A DNA stretch of 64,000 nucleotides from a phage. Where the stretch lies: the NCBI GenBank assembly GCA_012441205.1, contig GCA_012441205.1_4705.1. One strand, written 5' to 3'. The notes under the pieces were generated by a model, which was given only the letters and a program-made list of their open reading frames with translations, had not been told where the DNA came from and made no database searches. This document shows positions 1-9,441 of this stretch, piece by piece (within the stretch, counting starts at the first letter, position 1; each line of letters begins with the position of its first letter). Made by a program: the position numbers and the translations under genes.

Positions 1-365
1 TCATCGCCCCTAACACCATCATGGTGAACAACGTCACGCCTGTACAATTTCCCCTGAGCCTACGCTGTTTCCTTGCCCACGATCCGGAACTTACCAACCT
101 CAGCATGGAGGTTTGGAACGACTTCTACAAACTCTGTTTATACGCCACGCAAAGTGACATCTACAACAGAACCGTTATCCGTCTCGATAGAGGTGTTACA
201 GCACAAGGACAAGAAGTCGGTGCATTCAAGGAATACATCGATCGCTTTGCTGATGCTGAAAACACATATCAGGAATTCCTGAACGAAACGTGGGCTGGCG
301 TTGCTGCCTGGAACGATCCACAAACTAAACGTCGCGCCATTCGACTACAAACCGGTTACTTCTGA
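1..365 (+). CDS. hypothetical protein, probably 5'-partial at window edge
   Basis: ORF 21..365 stays open in frame back to position 1 and has no convincing RBS before the ATG at 21, so the gene probably starts upstream of the window. Stop TGA at 363-365. Confidence 0.4.
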   Translation, partial: IAPNTIMVNNVTPVQFPLSLRCFLAHDPELTNLSMEVWNDFYKLCLYATQSDIYNRTVIRLDRGVTAQGQEVGAFKEYIDRFADAENTYQEFLNETWAGVAAWNDPQTKRRAIRLQTGYF

Positions 366-892
366 TTAACGACAGCTTCCTCCCTCGGTGTTTTCGAGGG
401 AGGTATTTGCCGTTTAAACACTTTCAGCACGTTCGCAAATTCAGCGGCAATAATACAGGCCGAGGTTGATAGCTTATTACTGAAAATGAGATCGTCCGGT
501 AAACAATCGAACTGAATACCGTATTGCGTCTTTGTCTCATCAACGATCAATGACGGTGTCGATCTTGTCTTCGCGATGTCGGTGATATACAAACGTAGAA
601 ATAATTCACCGTCTTCGCTATCCATAAAACGATAGGCGTTACCAGAAAACGCAACACATGGCGTAACGATAAATTGAACACGATCGTCGGTCGGATGGAT
701 ATTTAACCAACGTTCGATATCATTACTACTCACATTTCGCATATTTACTACGGTAAAAGCAAATAGCGTATCGTGATGTTTGGAATAATGCAGCACGTAC
801 GCCGCACCTTTCTTTCTGTGAATCCCTTCAATGTATTCTATTGTCGTATAGCCGGATTTATATAGCTTTACTTGCGGTTTATCACTCATCAT
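356..892 (-). CDS. hypothetical protein
   Basis: ORF track 356..973; I prefer the ATG at 892 (MMSDKPQV...) because it forms an ATGA overlap with the stop of the upstream 99-aa gene and has AAGGG about 8 nt upstream. Confidence 0.5.
   Translation of the reverse strand: MMSDKPQVKLYKSGYTTIEYIEGIHRKKGAAYVLHYSKHHDTLFAFTVVNMRNVSSNDIERWLNIHPTDDRVQFIVTPCVAFSGNAYRFMDSEDGELFLRLYITDIAKTRSTPSLIVDETKTQYGIQFDCLPDDLIFSNKLSTSACIIAAEFANVLKVFKRQIPPSKTPREEAVVNQK
379..403. terminator. GC-rich hairpin between convergent genes, putative intrinsic terminator
   Basis: CCTCCCTCG-(7 nt loop)-CGAGGGAGG followed by TATTTGCCGTTT on the plus strand; overlaps the last codons of the minus-strand ORF ending at 356. Confidence 0.4.
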
Positions 893-1188
893 AACAACCC
901 TTCCCGTTTCATCGCAGCACGCATACTTGCGTAAAGCGCATTCTTCATCGCACCTGGACGCAACGGATAACAAATCTCATATCGACGTCCTTGTTTTACA
1001 GCAATTTTCCTTCCATTCAGAAACAACGTGCCATTATCCAGCAACAACTCACCTTGTAGTACCATGAGTCCTGCTTTAACATGACGTCCTTCTTCTTTCG
1101 TTAAGACCTTATAGCCGTGTTTATCCAATAACCACAATTCGTAGATACCATGCGCAGCCTTCGGCATTACTTTCTTCTTCGTCGTCAT
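889..1188 (-). CDS. hypothetical protein (99 aa)
   Basis: ORF in same-strand operon; stop overlaps start of downstream gene. Confidence 0.45.
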   Translation of the reverse strand: MTTKKKVMPKAAHGIYELWLLDKHGYKVLTKEEGRHVKAGLMVLQGELLLDNGTLFLNGRKIAVKQGRRYEICYPLRPGAMKNALYASMRAAMKREGLL

Positions 1189-1200
1189 GGAAGATCCTCC

Positions 1201-1575
1201 TTAAACTCCTTGTCGGATCATCACCAACCGGAGCATGTTGTATTCCAATGTAGCGCTTTCTAATTCGAATTCATATCGATACCAGAAATTCGGCTCTAAT
1301 TGACCTACAACACATTTACGAACATCTGTCTGCACCTTCCTCGACAACACCTGTAACAGTTGTGTTATCTCCGGCTTGAAGTAATGCGCCAAACCTAACT
1401 GATCAGAATAAAACAGGCCACAATCAAAGATGGCCTGTAAAATAACATATTCAACCATCAGGTGACGCGCATCGGGGTCAGGGAATGGCGAACGTAAAGC
1501 GAGATCTAACACATCGACGATTGGGCCGACATAAATGGCGGCACGGTACTCACGAATAACACTGATGTTATCCAT
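1201..1575 (-). CDS. hypothetical protein (124 aa)
   Basis: ORF in same-strand operon, 13-nt spacing to the next gene. Confidence 0.5.
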   Translation of the reverse strand: MDNISVIREYRAAIYVGPIVDVLDLALRSPFPDPDARHLMVEYVILQAIFDCGLFYSDQLGLAHYFKPEITQLLQVLSRKVQTDVRKCVVGQLEPNFWYRYEFELESATLEYNMLRLVMIRQGV

Positions 1576-1588
1576 GATAACCTATTCG

Positions 1589-2413
1589 TTAACTATCGCT
1601 TTCTGACGTATCGACGTAGTTGAAAATACGATCCCGTAAACACTCGTAACGAGGCAACGCGCTAAGAATGATCATCTTCAACTGCATCGCGATCGATACA
1701 CGTTCTTCATTCGATGCATCGTCTCCCCATTTACCCGGCTTAACCTGAATGGGTTCGTGCGGATCCTGCGGGAATATAAAACTTAACAACAGATAATCTG
1801 TGCGGAACTCCCACACTTCTCGACCGTCGTTATCGGTTTCCTTACGCAACGTGAAGAGTTGACGTTCGGTGGTTGGATCCAACATCAGCGGTCGGCCACG
1901 AACAATCTCCAGTTTACGTGGGCTGACGAACGTCGTACGTTCAGGAAGGTATTTTTCAACATCATCCGTATCCAACAAGAACAAAATGATGTCGTCGAAA
2001 TACTTCGGTGCGTACGTGTGTATCGGTTCACCGTCGCTATACGAAGAGATCTCTTGAAGTATTGGTGTCTTACACGAAAAGTTCTGGCATGAGCCGCGGG
2101 TGATCGGTAAGGTGGTCCATTGATGTTCTGTAGACAATTCAACAGGCACTAACGGATAGTCATCAATGAAAACCACACACGTTGTACTAATGGGTATTCT
2201 TCCATCATTACCGGGTTCAAAAACCAAACGTATCTTACCGGTAATCAACGCCATCTCATCTGGCATTAAATGGCTTGCTGAACGGGCAAGTCTGAAACCG
2301 CTCGCCTGTTTATAAGGTTCGGGTTTATAGCCACGGACAATAAGAGACACATCCGCAAGTTCAACGCTCACGAATGCATCTTTGATGTCTTCATTGTTCG
2401 TCGTTAACGTCAT
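1589..2413 (-). CDS. hypothetical protein (274 aa)
   Basis: Long ORF, same-strand operon; exact start uncertain because it overlaps the 3' end of the upstream gene. Confidence 0.5.
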   Translation of the reverse strand: MTLTTNNEDIKDAFVSVELADVSLIVRGYKPEPYKQASGFRLARSASHLMPDEMALITGKIRLVFEPGNDGRIPISTTCVVFIDDYPLVPVELSTEHQWTTLPITRGSCQNFSCKTPILQEISSYSDGEPIHTYAPKYFDDIILFLLDTDDVEKYLPERTTFVSPRKLEIVRGRPLMLDPTTERQLFTLRKETDNDGREVWEFRTDYLLLSFIFPQDPHEPIQVKPGKWGDDASNEERVSIAMQLKMIILSALPRYECLRDRIFNYVDTSESDS

Positions 2414-3428
2414 TGTTCATTTTCTCCATTGCAACGAATCGTTCAAGCTCGCGTAATAAACGCTCTTTTAACGCAGGATCAACTTCCGGAGCATGTTTAT
2501 CACGATACCACTCTGTCCCGTTGTATTGCAGGCTAACATGCCATGTTCCTAACGGGCTTTCCTCTGCAGCGGCGATGAAATTCTTAACGCCGGTTTTGGT
2601 AGGATACTCCATGATAGGAATAGCCTGCTTCAGATCCATTACGGTAAGATCCTGGAAGTTATAATCCAGGAGCGTTAATGCACGTTTGTCGCGTAACAGT
2701 AACCCGCAATCCAAGATAGTGAAATCGATACCCCAAAATTGTAGCTTACCGCCCGTACTGATAGGAATATGACCGCGATAAACCGCGAGATAAATCTCAC
2801 CTTTATCGGTTTCTTTATTGTATCCTGCGATGAATGCTGCGGTAATTAACGGCTGATCGCCTTTCGCAAAGAAAACAGGATGCGTACGATAAAGCCAATC
2901 ATTACGGATTAAATCGGATACCTGACCTAAACGTGCCGTGGGCACCATTGTCGATCCTAAGTCACTATTACTAACTTCGAATTGGTAATATTCAAACAGA
3001 ACACCGTCGACTTCTTCTTTAGCGTATGGTTCACGATCCGGATTAGCGAGTATATAACGCAACTTATTATCGATTTCGGCTACGCGTTCCTCATGGGTAT
3101 CCATAAGGCTAGTGACGACGAAAGCAGCCAGATTACGTACGCTAAGGAACACGTCGTCTTTCTCCTGGTCGCTTAGTCCTTCTTCATCTGCTAGCGTTGT
3201 CCAATGCAGTGGTCCCTCCACCATTTTCAACCATTTGTCTTCACGCTCTGGGTAAACAAAGGGCTTGTGTACAGGAACGCTGGTATGCTGCACACGCAAT
3301 AGTAACGAACAAGGGGATTGCATTATCGACTCCCATGGCACTATACCACTCGTGACAGCGATGACGTGACGATTAAGAACAAGAGAAGCTGAATAAGTAA
3401 TGTTATCTAATCCTGGTAATTGATCCAT
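2391..3428 (-). CDS. hypothetical protein (345 aa)
   Basis: Long ORF immediately downstream of an AT-rich intergenic region; no recognisable motif. Confidence 0.55.
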   Translation of the reverse strand: MDQLPGLDNITYSASLVLNRHVIAVTSGIVPWESIMQSPCSLLLRVQHTSVPVHKPFVYPEREDKWLKMVEGPLHWTTLADEEGLSDQEKDDVFLSVRNLAAFVVTSLMDTHEERVAEIDNKLRYILANPDREPYAKEEVDGVLFEYYQFEVSNSDLGSTMVPTARLGQVSDLIRNDWLYRTHPVFFAKGDQPLITAAFIAGYNKETDKGEIYLAVYRGHIPISTGGKLQFWGIDFTILDCGLLLRDKRALTLLDYNFQDLTVMDLKQAIPIMEYPTKTGVKNFIAAAEESPLGTWHVSLQYNGTEWYRDKHAPEVDPALKERLLRELERFVAMEKMNNDVNDEQ

Positions 3429-3736
3429 GATAGAAATCCTTAGTATGTTTGATATGTTGTTTAATTAACATATTAAGTTTAAAAGAGGTTATGTTTTACG
3501 TATTGTTAATAACGTATTCTTATCTCTATTAAGTTATGTTCTATCTAAAGATAGTAAACAGATATAATGCTCCCCACCTCCCCATTCTCCCAAGTAATAC
3601 TGGCCTACCGGCCCTCTCCTTTTTAAGGGAGAGAGTAAGCATTCAGTATTGCTCAAATGAATAAGCAAAACAGTATAAACTTACCGTCTCGAGTTATCTC
3701 GAGACGGCGTAGTAGTATCTGTTTATCTCTTTTATG
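3429..3736 (-). promoter_or_regulatory. AT-rich intergenic regulatory region with several hairpins
   Basis: 308-nt non-coding, AT-rich stretch between two minus-strand genes; contains C-rich/G-rich inverted repeats around 3585-3640 and the terminator hairpin at 3684-3707. No confident -35/-10 assignment. Confidence 0.4.
3684..3707 (-). terminator. intrinsic terminator
   Basis: Perfect 10-bp inverted repeat CCGTCTCGAG-TTAT-CTCGAGACGG, followed on the minus strand by TAAGTTTATACTGTTTTGC; sits just 3' of the stop of gene 3737..4090. Confidence 0.6.
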
Positions 3737-4090
3737 CTAACAGCCTATTTCTGCATGAACCTTTAACGATTCGAATACATCTTGCTTCTTTATCATCGTC
3801 TTGTATAAACGTGATTGAGCAATGATCTTTATCCATTGTTGTGGATCGCGTAAATTCACATTTTCAAAACGGGGTGGGGTATTATCTCCGTCGAGTCGGA
3901 TATACCCTAAGAGCAATCCTTCATGGTCTCCTCGACGGATTTCGATATGCGGTTTGAGGAAGACATGATTGTCTGGTGGATACCAGCTTACGGTGTAGTA
4001 ATGGTTTCCTGAAACAACGAATTCGTGAACGGCTTTTGTCTCATCGTCAATGACCGCATTTACGCTGGGAATCATTAATTTTTGAAGCAT
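3737..4090 (-). CDS. hypothetical protein (117 aa)
   Basis: ORF followed by terminator hairpin; start overlaps the upstream gene's stop. Confidence 0.45.
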   Translation of the reverse strand: MLQKLMIPSVNAVIDDETKAVHEFVVSGNHYYTVSWYPPDNHVFLKPHIEIRRGDHEGLLLGYIRLDGDNTPPRFENVNLRDPQQWIKIIAQSRLYKTMIKKQDVFESLKVHAEIGC

Positions 4091-4674
4091 GGGACATAAA
4101 CCTCCATCAACATCGCATAAAGCGCACCAAGCCCATGCAGGACTTGGTTAGGTGCAAAGGTCGGAGTGTAGCATACTTGTTCGGTTGGTGCTTGTTGACG
4201 TAAGTCTAACGGATCTCCGTTGATAAGCATCTGCAGGAGATCAGCATCATCTTGCAATGTGTCTTCATCGATATACGCATCAACACAAAGCAGTCGGTGT
4301 AACTGTTCTGGTTTAATTGAAATACCTACAACCATGCAGTTGTTGTAGGTGGCGTTGTCCAGAAAGAAGTGAATGACGCCCGCTTGAGGATCGCCACCGT
4401 AGTGGAGCCAACGCGTAAAACCAGCCGACATCATCCATAGCGGGTTGTGTTGTAACGCACTGACGACGCGGGTCTCGAAATCCAAACCAAACTTCTGGAA
4501 GATTGCGCCCATCTGGAAACGATCTTCATCGAGACGGTAACGGAATATACAGGCATCCGATCCCGTTGAGTTATCATACACCGAAAGATACCCACGATGG
4601 ATTTCCACGGTAACATTGTTGTCGTCAAGCGTGGCGCTCGCAACGCCGTTAGAAAAGGTTGGAACAAAGCTCAT
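4075..4674 (-). CDS. hypothetical protein (199 aa)
   Basis: ORF, start/stop overlap with neighbours (4671-4674). Confidence 0.5.
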   Translation of the reverse strand: MSFVPTFSNGVASATLDDNNVTVEIHRGYLSVYDNSTGSDACIFRYRLDEDRFQMGAIFQKFGLDFETRVVSALQHNPLWMMSAGFTRWLHYGGDPQAGVIHFFLDNATYNNCMVVGISIKPEQLHRLLCVDAYIDEDTLQDDADLLQMLINGDPLDLRQQAPTEQVCYTPTFAPNQVLHGLGALYAMLMEVYVPCFKN

Positions 4675-5222
4675 CTTGTAATCCTTAATTTACCTGAATG
4701 AATTATCGTTGATGGGTCCACGACGCGACCGTATTTCGCGTTACGTAATACACGATGCCCAAAGAAGTCAGCGGTTTCCAAAACAACCGTGTAACAACCC
4801 AGCTGATGTTGATGTCCCCAAAACCGTTCAATGGGAATCCAGCAGGGCGACATGCCTTTGTGTCGCCAATCCGTAACACAGCCGAATTCAGCAAACTGTT
4901 CAGTAAACCACTCGTCAATGTCGGTATCCGTAAAGAGAAACACGTGGTTTTTAACCAGATAAGCGAACCCAGGATAAAAAAGCTGAGGGTCATCTGGGTC
5001 ACGGAGATAAACACGAAGTTTGTCTAGCGTACCCTCGACAACGATTGTATCGGGTAATCCTGGCGGCGTGAACCGAAGTTGGAAGTTATCCTCGTTTGCC
5101 GAGGCGTTAACCAAATACCCCAGTTGAAGGGGTCGATGCAATTCGAAAAGGTTAAACGTTAATGCATATTCGATATACTCTAATCCTATATTCATGTCTG
5201 ACCTATGTGGTATGGACGGCAT
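4671..5222 (-). CDS. hypothetical protein (183 aa)
   Basis: ATG at 5222 with GGAAGG about 8 nt upstream; first gene of the minus-strand block. Confidence 0.5.
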   Translation of the reverse strand: MPSIPHRSDMNIGLEYIEYALTFNLFELHRPLQLGYLVNASANEDNFQLRFTPPGLPDTIVVEGTLDKLRVYLRDPDDPQLFYPGFAYLVKNHVFLFTDTDIDEWFTEQFAEFGCVTDWRHKGMSPCWIPIERFWGHQHQLGCYTVVLETADFFGHRVLRNAKYGRVVDPSTIIHSGKLRITR

Positions 5223-5333
5223 TGCATTGCCTTCCGCGAGTGTAATCAGGAAGGTAATGTAGGTTTATTTTAATCTCCATTTCGCGATGATATGACAGTC
5301 TTTATTACGTTTACCATCTGAGGGAGCATGCTC

Positions 5334-6572
5334 ATGTCTTCTATTTTACAGGTGTTTAATGCGCATGCGGAAGGCATTGACATCGACGAGTATTTTGTTA
5401 ATCAGGTTATCCGTTACGCGACACGCTTCCGTACGCAAGACCAAGAACACATGCGTTTTTTCGGTGGGGTTCTGTTAGGTGTACAGAAAATCCGATTCAC
5501 AACAAGACATAACGATACATGGTTTTCCGACGTCTTGATGATGGATGAAGAAAGCTTACGGCGCGATTTGAGTAAACTACCCTTCTACAATACGCAGACC
5601 AACCGTGTTGCCTCAAACGCCTTTAACCTAAGTTGCTGTTGGTTGCTTTATGCGATCTTCCACAGCAAACAAATCAAAAAAGAAAAGGTTCGTGAAGCCG
5701 GGATGCTTGCAGCAATGCAAGTCCTCCATTATAAATTCATTTGCGGTCTGGTAGCACGACGTTATCCTTATAACGCCGATCCGGCTATCGCCATTAAGGC
5801 GTACGATGAGTTAACCCTCAAATCAGGCATCAAGCGCATGAATAGCTGGAATGAGTACATCGACGAACGCTGTAACGCCATCATTGCGCGCAATAGCACG
5901 CATTTCAGTCGCTGGTCAACCCTGGAACCAGATAGTGTCGCCGAACGTTTTGTGCGTGATGTGAATACCGGAATCCGTAAGGTTATCAACCGTATCACCG
6001 ATACGTACTATGCGATGTATGAAGAGGGTAAGAAGATAGGCACGTCCTCTCAAACTGTAGAATTAGACGACGGCCTCGCTGTTCGCGATATCAAACGCAA
6101 CGAAACCACTTATCGTCAATATCTGTTCGAAATCGCTTATGACCGAACAAGTTTCGTTAAACGTGAACTCATGGTCGTCATCCTCGACGTGCATCATACT
6201 ACCAATCTTTTATCCCTTGAGCGAGCGTTAAGCTATATCAGCGCTAACGTAGAACGACCGACAAGAGACGGAAAACAGGTCTCTCAGATGTTGCGGCTTG
6301 TAATGGAGCATGCTATCGAGTATATCATCTTGAATAAGGTCGATATGCGCGATCTTACGTTCTTATTCTACATGCGTAACGTGTACACGTCCAACCGTAC
6401 CAGCAACCCGAAACTGTTAGAACTGCGTAAACTTGGCTCTGAAGTCATTAAGAAAGCAACCAACGCGAGAAACGACGCTGAAGCTGCAGCGACACGTACC
6501 GGTGTCTTTCTGTATATCCTGCTTCGTGTGTTTAGCCGTAACTATTACGTTCGACGTGCGATGTCACGTTAA
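5334..6572 (+). CDS. hypothetical protein (412 aa)
   Basis: ORF track starts at 5328; the second ATG at 5334 has better spacing (7 nt) to the GAGGGAG RBS at 5320-5326. Plus-strand gene between minus-strand blocks; no motif recognised. Confidence 0.5.
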   Translation: MSSILQVFNAHAEGIDIDEYFVNQVIRYATRFRTQDQEHMRFFGGVLLGVQKIRFTTRHNDTWFSDVLMMDEESLRRDLSKLPFYNTQTNRVASNAFNLSCCWLLYAIFHSKQIKKEKVREAGMLAAMQVLHYKFICGLVARRYPYNADPAIAIKAYDELTLKSGIKRMNSWNEYIDERCNAIIARNSTHFSRWSTLEPDSVAERFVRDVNTGIRKVINRITDTYYAMYEEGKKIGTSSQTVELDDGLAVRDIKRNETTYRQYLFEIAYDRTSFVKRELMVVILDVHHTTNLLSLERALSYISANVERPTRDGKQVSQMLRLVMEHAIEYIILNKVDMRDLTFLFYMRNVYTSNRTSNPKLLELRKLGSEVIKKATNARNDAEAAATRTGVFLYILLRVFSRNYYVRRAMSR

Positions 6573-6714
6573 CAATGTAACGGTAAAACTTTACTGACGT
6601 TGGTTATTATTTGAAGCATAGGGCTTCACCCAGGAGTACCATCCCTTTAAGTCGTTTGTCCTCTCCTGGTTAACTGTCGTTCTCTCACAGTGCTCGACAG
6701 ACCAAAAATGCTCA

Positions 6715-6743
6715 GGCCTCATAGCCTCCTCTGGGAATGGAAC
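6715..6743. terminator. bidirectional hairpin terminator between convergent genes
   Basis: CCTCCTCTGGG-AATGGAA-CCCAGAGGAGG (11-bp stem) followed by ACTATGTTTGCC on the plus strand. Confidence 0.5.
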
Positions 6744-6765
6744 CCAGAGGAGGACTATGTTTGCC

Positions 6766-7086
6766 TTAAAATTCAACGCGACCTTTTGTCGTAAACAATA
6801 CACCTCTTTGCCAACAGAAAAGATCCTCCGATTGAGCGCAAACACGAATACCCGCATCGAATAGATGTTTTGTTCTAGCGCTTAAACAATCAGGATCTTC
6901 TACATACAACAGAAGACGTTGGCATTTATTTTGAATGCGTTCGACAAGGATGTTCTTATCGCTTAAAATAAAATGCGCGTTATCTGTTAAGTTATCGTCG
7001 GTTTCCAGCTGCTTGACAAGTTTGATTAAAATACGTAATTGCTCAAGTGTGTCATGATCAAGTGAATCACCCATGGCGTACCTCAA
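6766..7086 (-). CDS. hypothetical protein (106 aa)
   Basis: ATG at 7086 with GAGGT RBS about 6 nt upstream; lies downstream of the terminase gene after a hairpin-rich spacer. Confidence 0.45.
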   Translation of the reverse strand: MRYAMGDSLDHDTLEQLRILIKLVKQLETDDNLTDNAHFILSDKNILVERIQNKCQRLLLYVEDPDCLSARTKHLFDAGIRVCAQSEDLFCWQRGVLFTTKGRVEF

Positions 7087-7159
7087 CGTTATACGTCGTT
7101 TGTATTATAATACGCTATCGTCTCCCCGCCAGTATTAACGGGGAGTCTGCAGACTACTC

Positions 7160-9391
7160 TTAGAAAAAACCGCCCGGGCGGTATTGGCCCATCGTCATCC
7201 ACGCATTACGAGAAATATTCCGTTCATTCGAAGAGCGGCTTATTTGACGATAAGTATTCGCTCGTTCCTCCCTTGCTTTCGTGATCATCGCATCAATAGA
7301 AACAGCCGCTGAATCCTCCCCACGTATTTTTCCTTTATACGTAAGAAGCTCTGCCTCCAATCGATCCAAGATAAGGCCGTTGGTTTCGGTCTTAAGCAAC
7401 TCATAGATTTCAGCAACGCGTTGACGTAGCTTCGCCTGCTGTTGGTTAAGATACGCTTCATACGGATCGATTTCACCCGTTACAGATGCTGGTAAACGAC
7501 TCATGACTTTAAGTGGATCGATACCGTAATGGATCTGTTTCTTAGCACGCTTGATGAACCACATCGCTAACATCCATGCGAACGTCATGTCATCGTGCAT
7601 TCCATCCTGGTGATCGACACGCCCATCTTTGATAACCAATCCGAGGATCTCGGAACACAGCATCTTGTCACGTAACTGCCCGCGGGTTTCTACAATACCT
7701 TCCATCAAGATGTCGGAATACAACTCCATACGTTTGCGCGCATCCGTTGTGAAGCCTAAATGCCGTTTACGTTGAGCATACCAACTTTCATCACGCATGC
7801 TCAATGGTAATTTCAGGTCTTCGAACATCGCTGGATTATCAGCATGCCTGTCTACAATCGTGTTGTATACGCGTTTGAACACGTCGATGCCCGCTTGCCG
7901 CAAGAACTCTTCAATTGCGTCTAACAGCATGATTGCACTGCTTTTACGTTCAGGAATCAACGTAACGTTCTTAAAACGCATCATGAAGTTGGCCATCCAA
8001 CGAGCAAAAGAAAGCAGACTCAGTTTATTAAAACGTCCTGTCGCAACAACTTCTGCTGTTTCTACATCCACCATCACCAAACCGATAGCGTCACGACCTA
8101 TTGCATCGCTGGTGTCTAAACCAGCAACCACCTTATTGTTCTGCATGTATGTCTCGATTTTACCTCGAGGTATATACCAGTTAATGCAGTAGCCTTCAGG
8201 TGAGATCTCGATATGGTCGATTTCACGTTGTCCCGCCATGATCATCTCAACCATCTCAGCGGTTAACGGGCTTTCTGCTGAACCGTTGGTCCAGATGTTC
8301 ATGTAGTCGCGGTCTTTCTGAAGTTTATCACCTTCCGTTTCGTTCATGGTTTTTGCTAACCATTCATCACTGAAGCCCAGCTGAGCGTGGTTCCATTGTG
8401 CCCCGATCCTGACGGTTGCTTTGCTGAGCTCGCACGGCACGTTGTTCAATACCGTCTGATGCAGATGCTTTTCATTACGGCAGTCAAAGAAACTTTCAGA
8501 GAACGGCGCTGAACGCATGAAAACTTCATAAGCCCATTTGCCTTCGCGTTTATCCAATTCACCTGCTGTTGTCGTATAGATGATACTCGTCAGGTCGCCG
8601 TTGCTTAATGCTTCATCGCGTGCCGCACCCATCGCACCGATACCAGCAGGAACAATGATTTCGATGTATTTCGTAAACGCGGTTTCGTCGCTATGGAATA
8701 GCGGGGTTGTTAGACCACGGCCGATGTTTGTTGCTTGTTTCTTATCCGAACGTGGAATCTTTACCGATAACTTGTTCTTGAAACGTGTGTAGGTTACGTT
8801 CTCTTTGTTCGATGAATCACGGCTATCCAGCGTCCAGAGATACGCAGGCAGCAGATCACGTATACTACGCACATCTTCTACTGTTTTCGTACGGGCATCA
8901 CCGTCTTTTGTTAACTGAATAACCTCGGTGTTTCGACTACGAACATAGGTTAGATAGCAGAACAATCCTAACATGGTCATGGATTTACCCGTCTGACGTA
9001 TCTGTATCTGATACCAGTTCGTTCGGGTAAATATTCCCCAGAGCATCGGAATGTTACCGCGGTTAGCACGGAATGAAATTTTGTTATCACCCGCTTTAGC
9101 CGGAACACGCATCACTTCACGGAAGAAGTACCATGGATTAAGATAGCATTCCGCACTGATCATCTGAATCTGTTCTGACGTCAAATTCGGTGCATGAGGA
9201 TCAACACCAATCAATCTTGGGTTTAATAACGCCATGAAAAACGCAGAGTTTCGGACACCGAATTCACGACGATACAAGATCGCTAAATCACGCCAACTTG
9301 TGTTTGTTGTTTCCCAGTGTGGAACAGCCTGAGGAAAATAATCCCAATCTTCCTCAAACAGGATGATTTTCTTCGGATCGACAATCGACAT
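7160..9391 (-). CDS. terminase large subunit (putative)
   Basis: 743 aa; Walker A-like IRQTGKSMTMLGLF resembles the terminase-type SRQLGKTT pattern (recalled from T4 gp17); strong GGAGGAG RBS; adjacent to large structural-looking genes. The last codons (RPGGFF-stop) coincide with a CCGCCCGGGCGG hairpin plus T-run. Confidence 0.6.
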   Translation of the reverse strand: MSIVDPKKIILFEEDWDYFPQAVPHWETTNTSWRDLAILYRREFGVRNSAFFMALLNPRLIGVDPHAPNLTSEQIQMISAECYLNPWYFFREVMRVPAKAGDNKISFRANRGNIPMLWGIFTRTNWYQIQIRQTGKSMTMLGLFCYLTYVRSRNTEVIQLTKDGDARTKTVEDVRSIRDLLPAYLWTLDSRDSSNKENVTYTRFKNKLSVKIPRSDKKQATNIGRGLTTPLFHSDETAFTKYIEIIVPAGIGAMGAARDEALSNGDLTSIIYTTTAGELDKREGKWAYEVFMRSAPFSESFFDCRNEKHLHQTVLNNVPCELSKATVRIGAQWNHAQLGFSDEWLAKTMNETEGDKLQKDRDYMNIWTNGSAESPLTAEMVEMIMAGQREIDHIEISPEGYCINWYIPRGKIETYMQNNKVVAGLDTSDAIGRDAIGLVMVDVETAEVVATGRFNKLSLLSFARWMANFMMRFKNVTLIPERKSSAIMLLDAIEEFLRQAGIDVFKRVYNTIVDRHADNPAMFEDLKLPLSMRDESWYAQRKRHLGFTTDARKRMELYSDILMEGIVETRGQLRDKMLCSEILGLVIKDGRVDHQDGMHDDMTFAWMLAMWFIKRAKKQIHYGIDPLKVMSRLPASVTGEIDPYEAYLNQQQAKLRQRVAEIYELLKTETNGLILDRLEAELLTYKGKIRGEDSAAVSIDAMITKAREERANTYRQISRSSNERNISRNAWMTMGQYRPGGFF

Positions 9392-9403
9392 ATAAACTCC
9401 TCC

Positions 9404-9430
9404 GATGGAGGGTGCCGAGCACCCTCCATC
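9404..9430 (-). promoter_or_regulatory. stable hairpin in the 47-nt spacer upstream of the terminase RBS
   Basis: About 11-12 bp stem GATGGAGGGTGC / GCACCCTCCATC with a short loop, directly followed by GGAGGAGTTTAT-ATG. No U-tract, so more likely a processing or attenuation element than a full terminator. Confidence 0.35.
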
Positions 9431-9441
9431 GTTGTATTACC

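Noticed and set aside
6591-6857. 88-aa minus-strand ORF spanning the convergent intergenic region
   Set aside because: It overlaps the bidirectional terminator hairpin and the 3' end of the neighbouring gene; no RBS; likely spurious.
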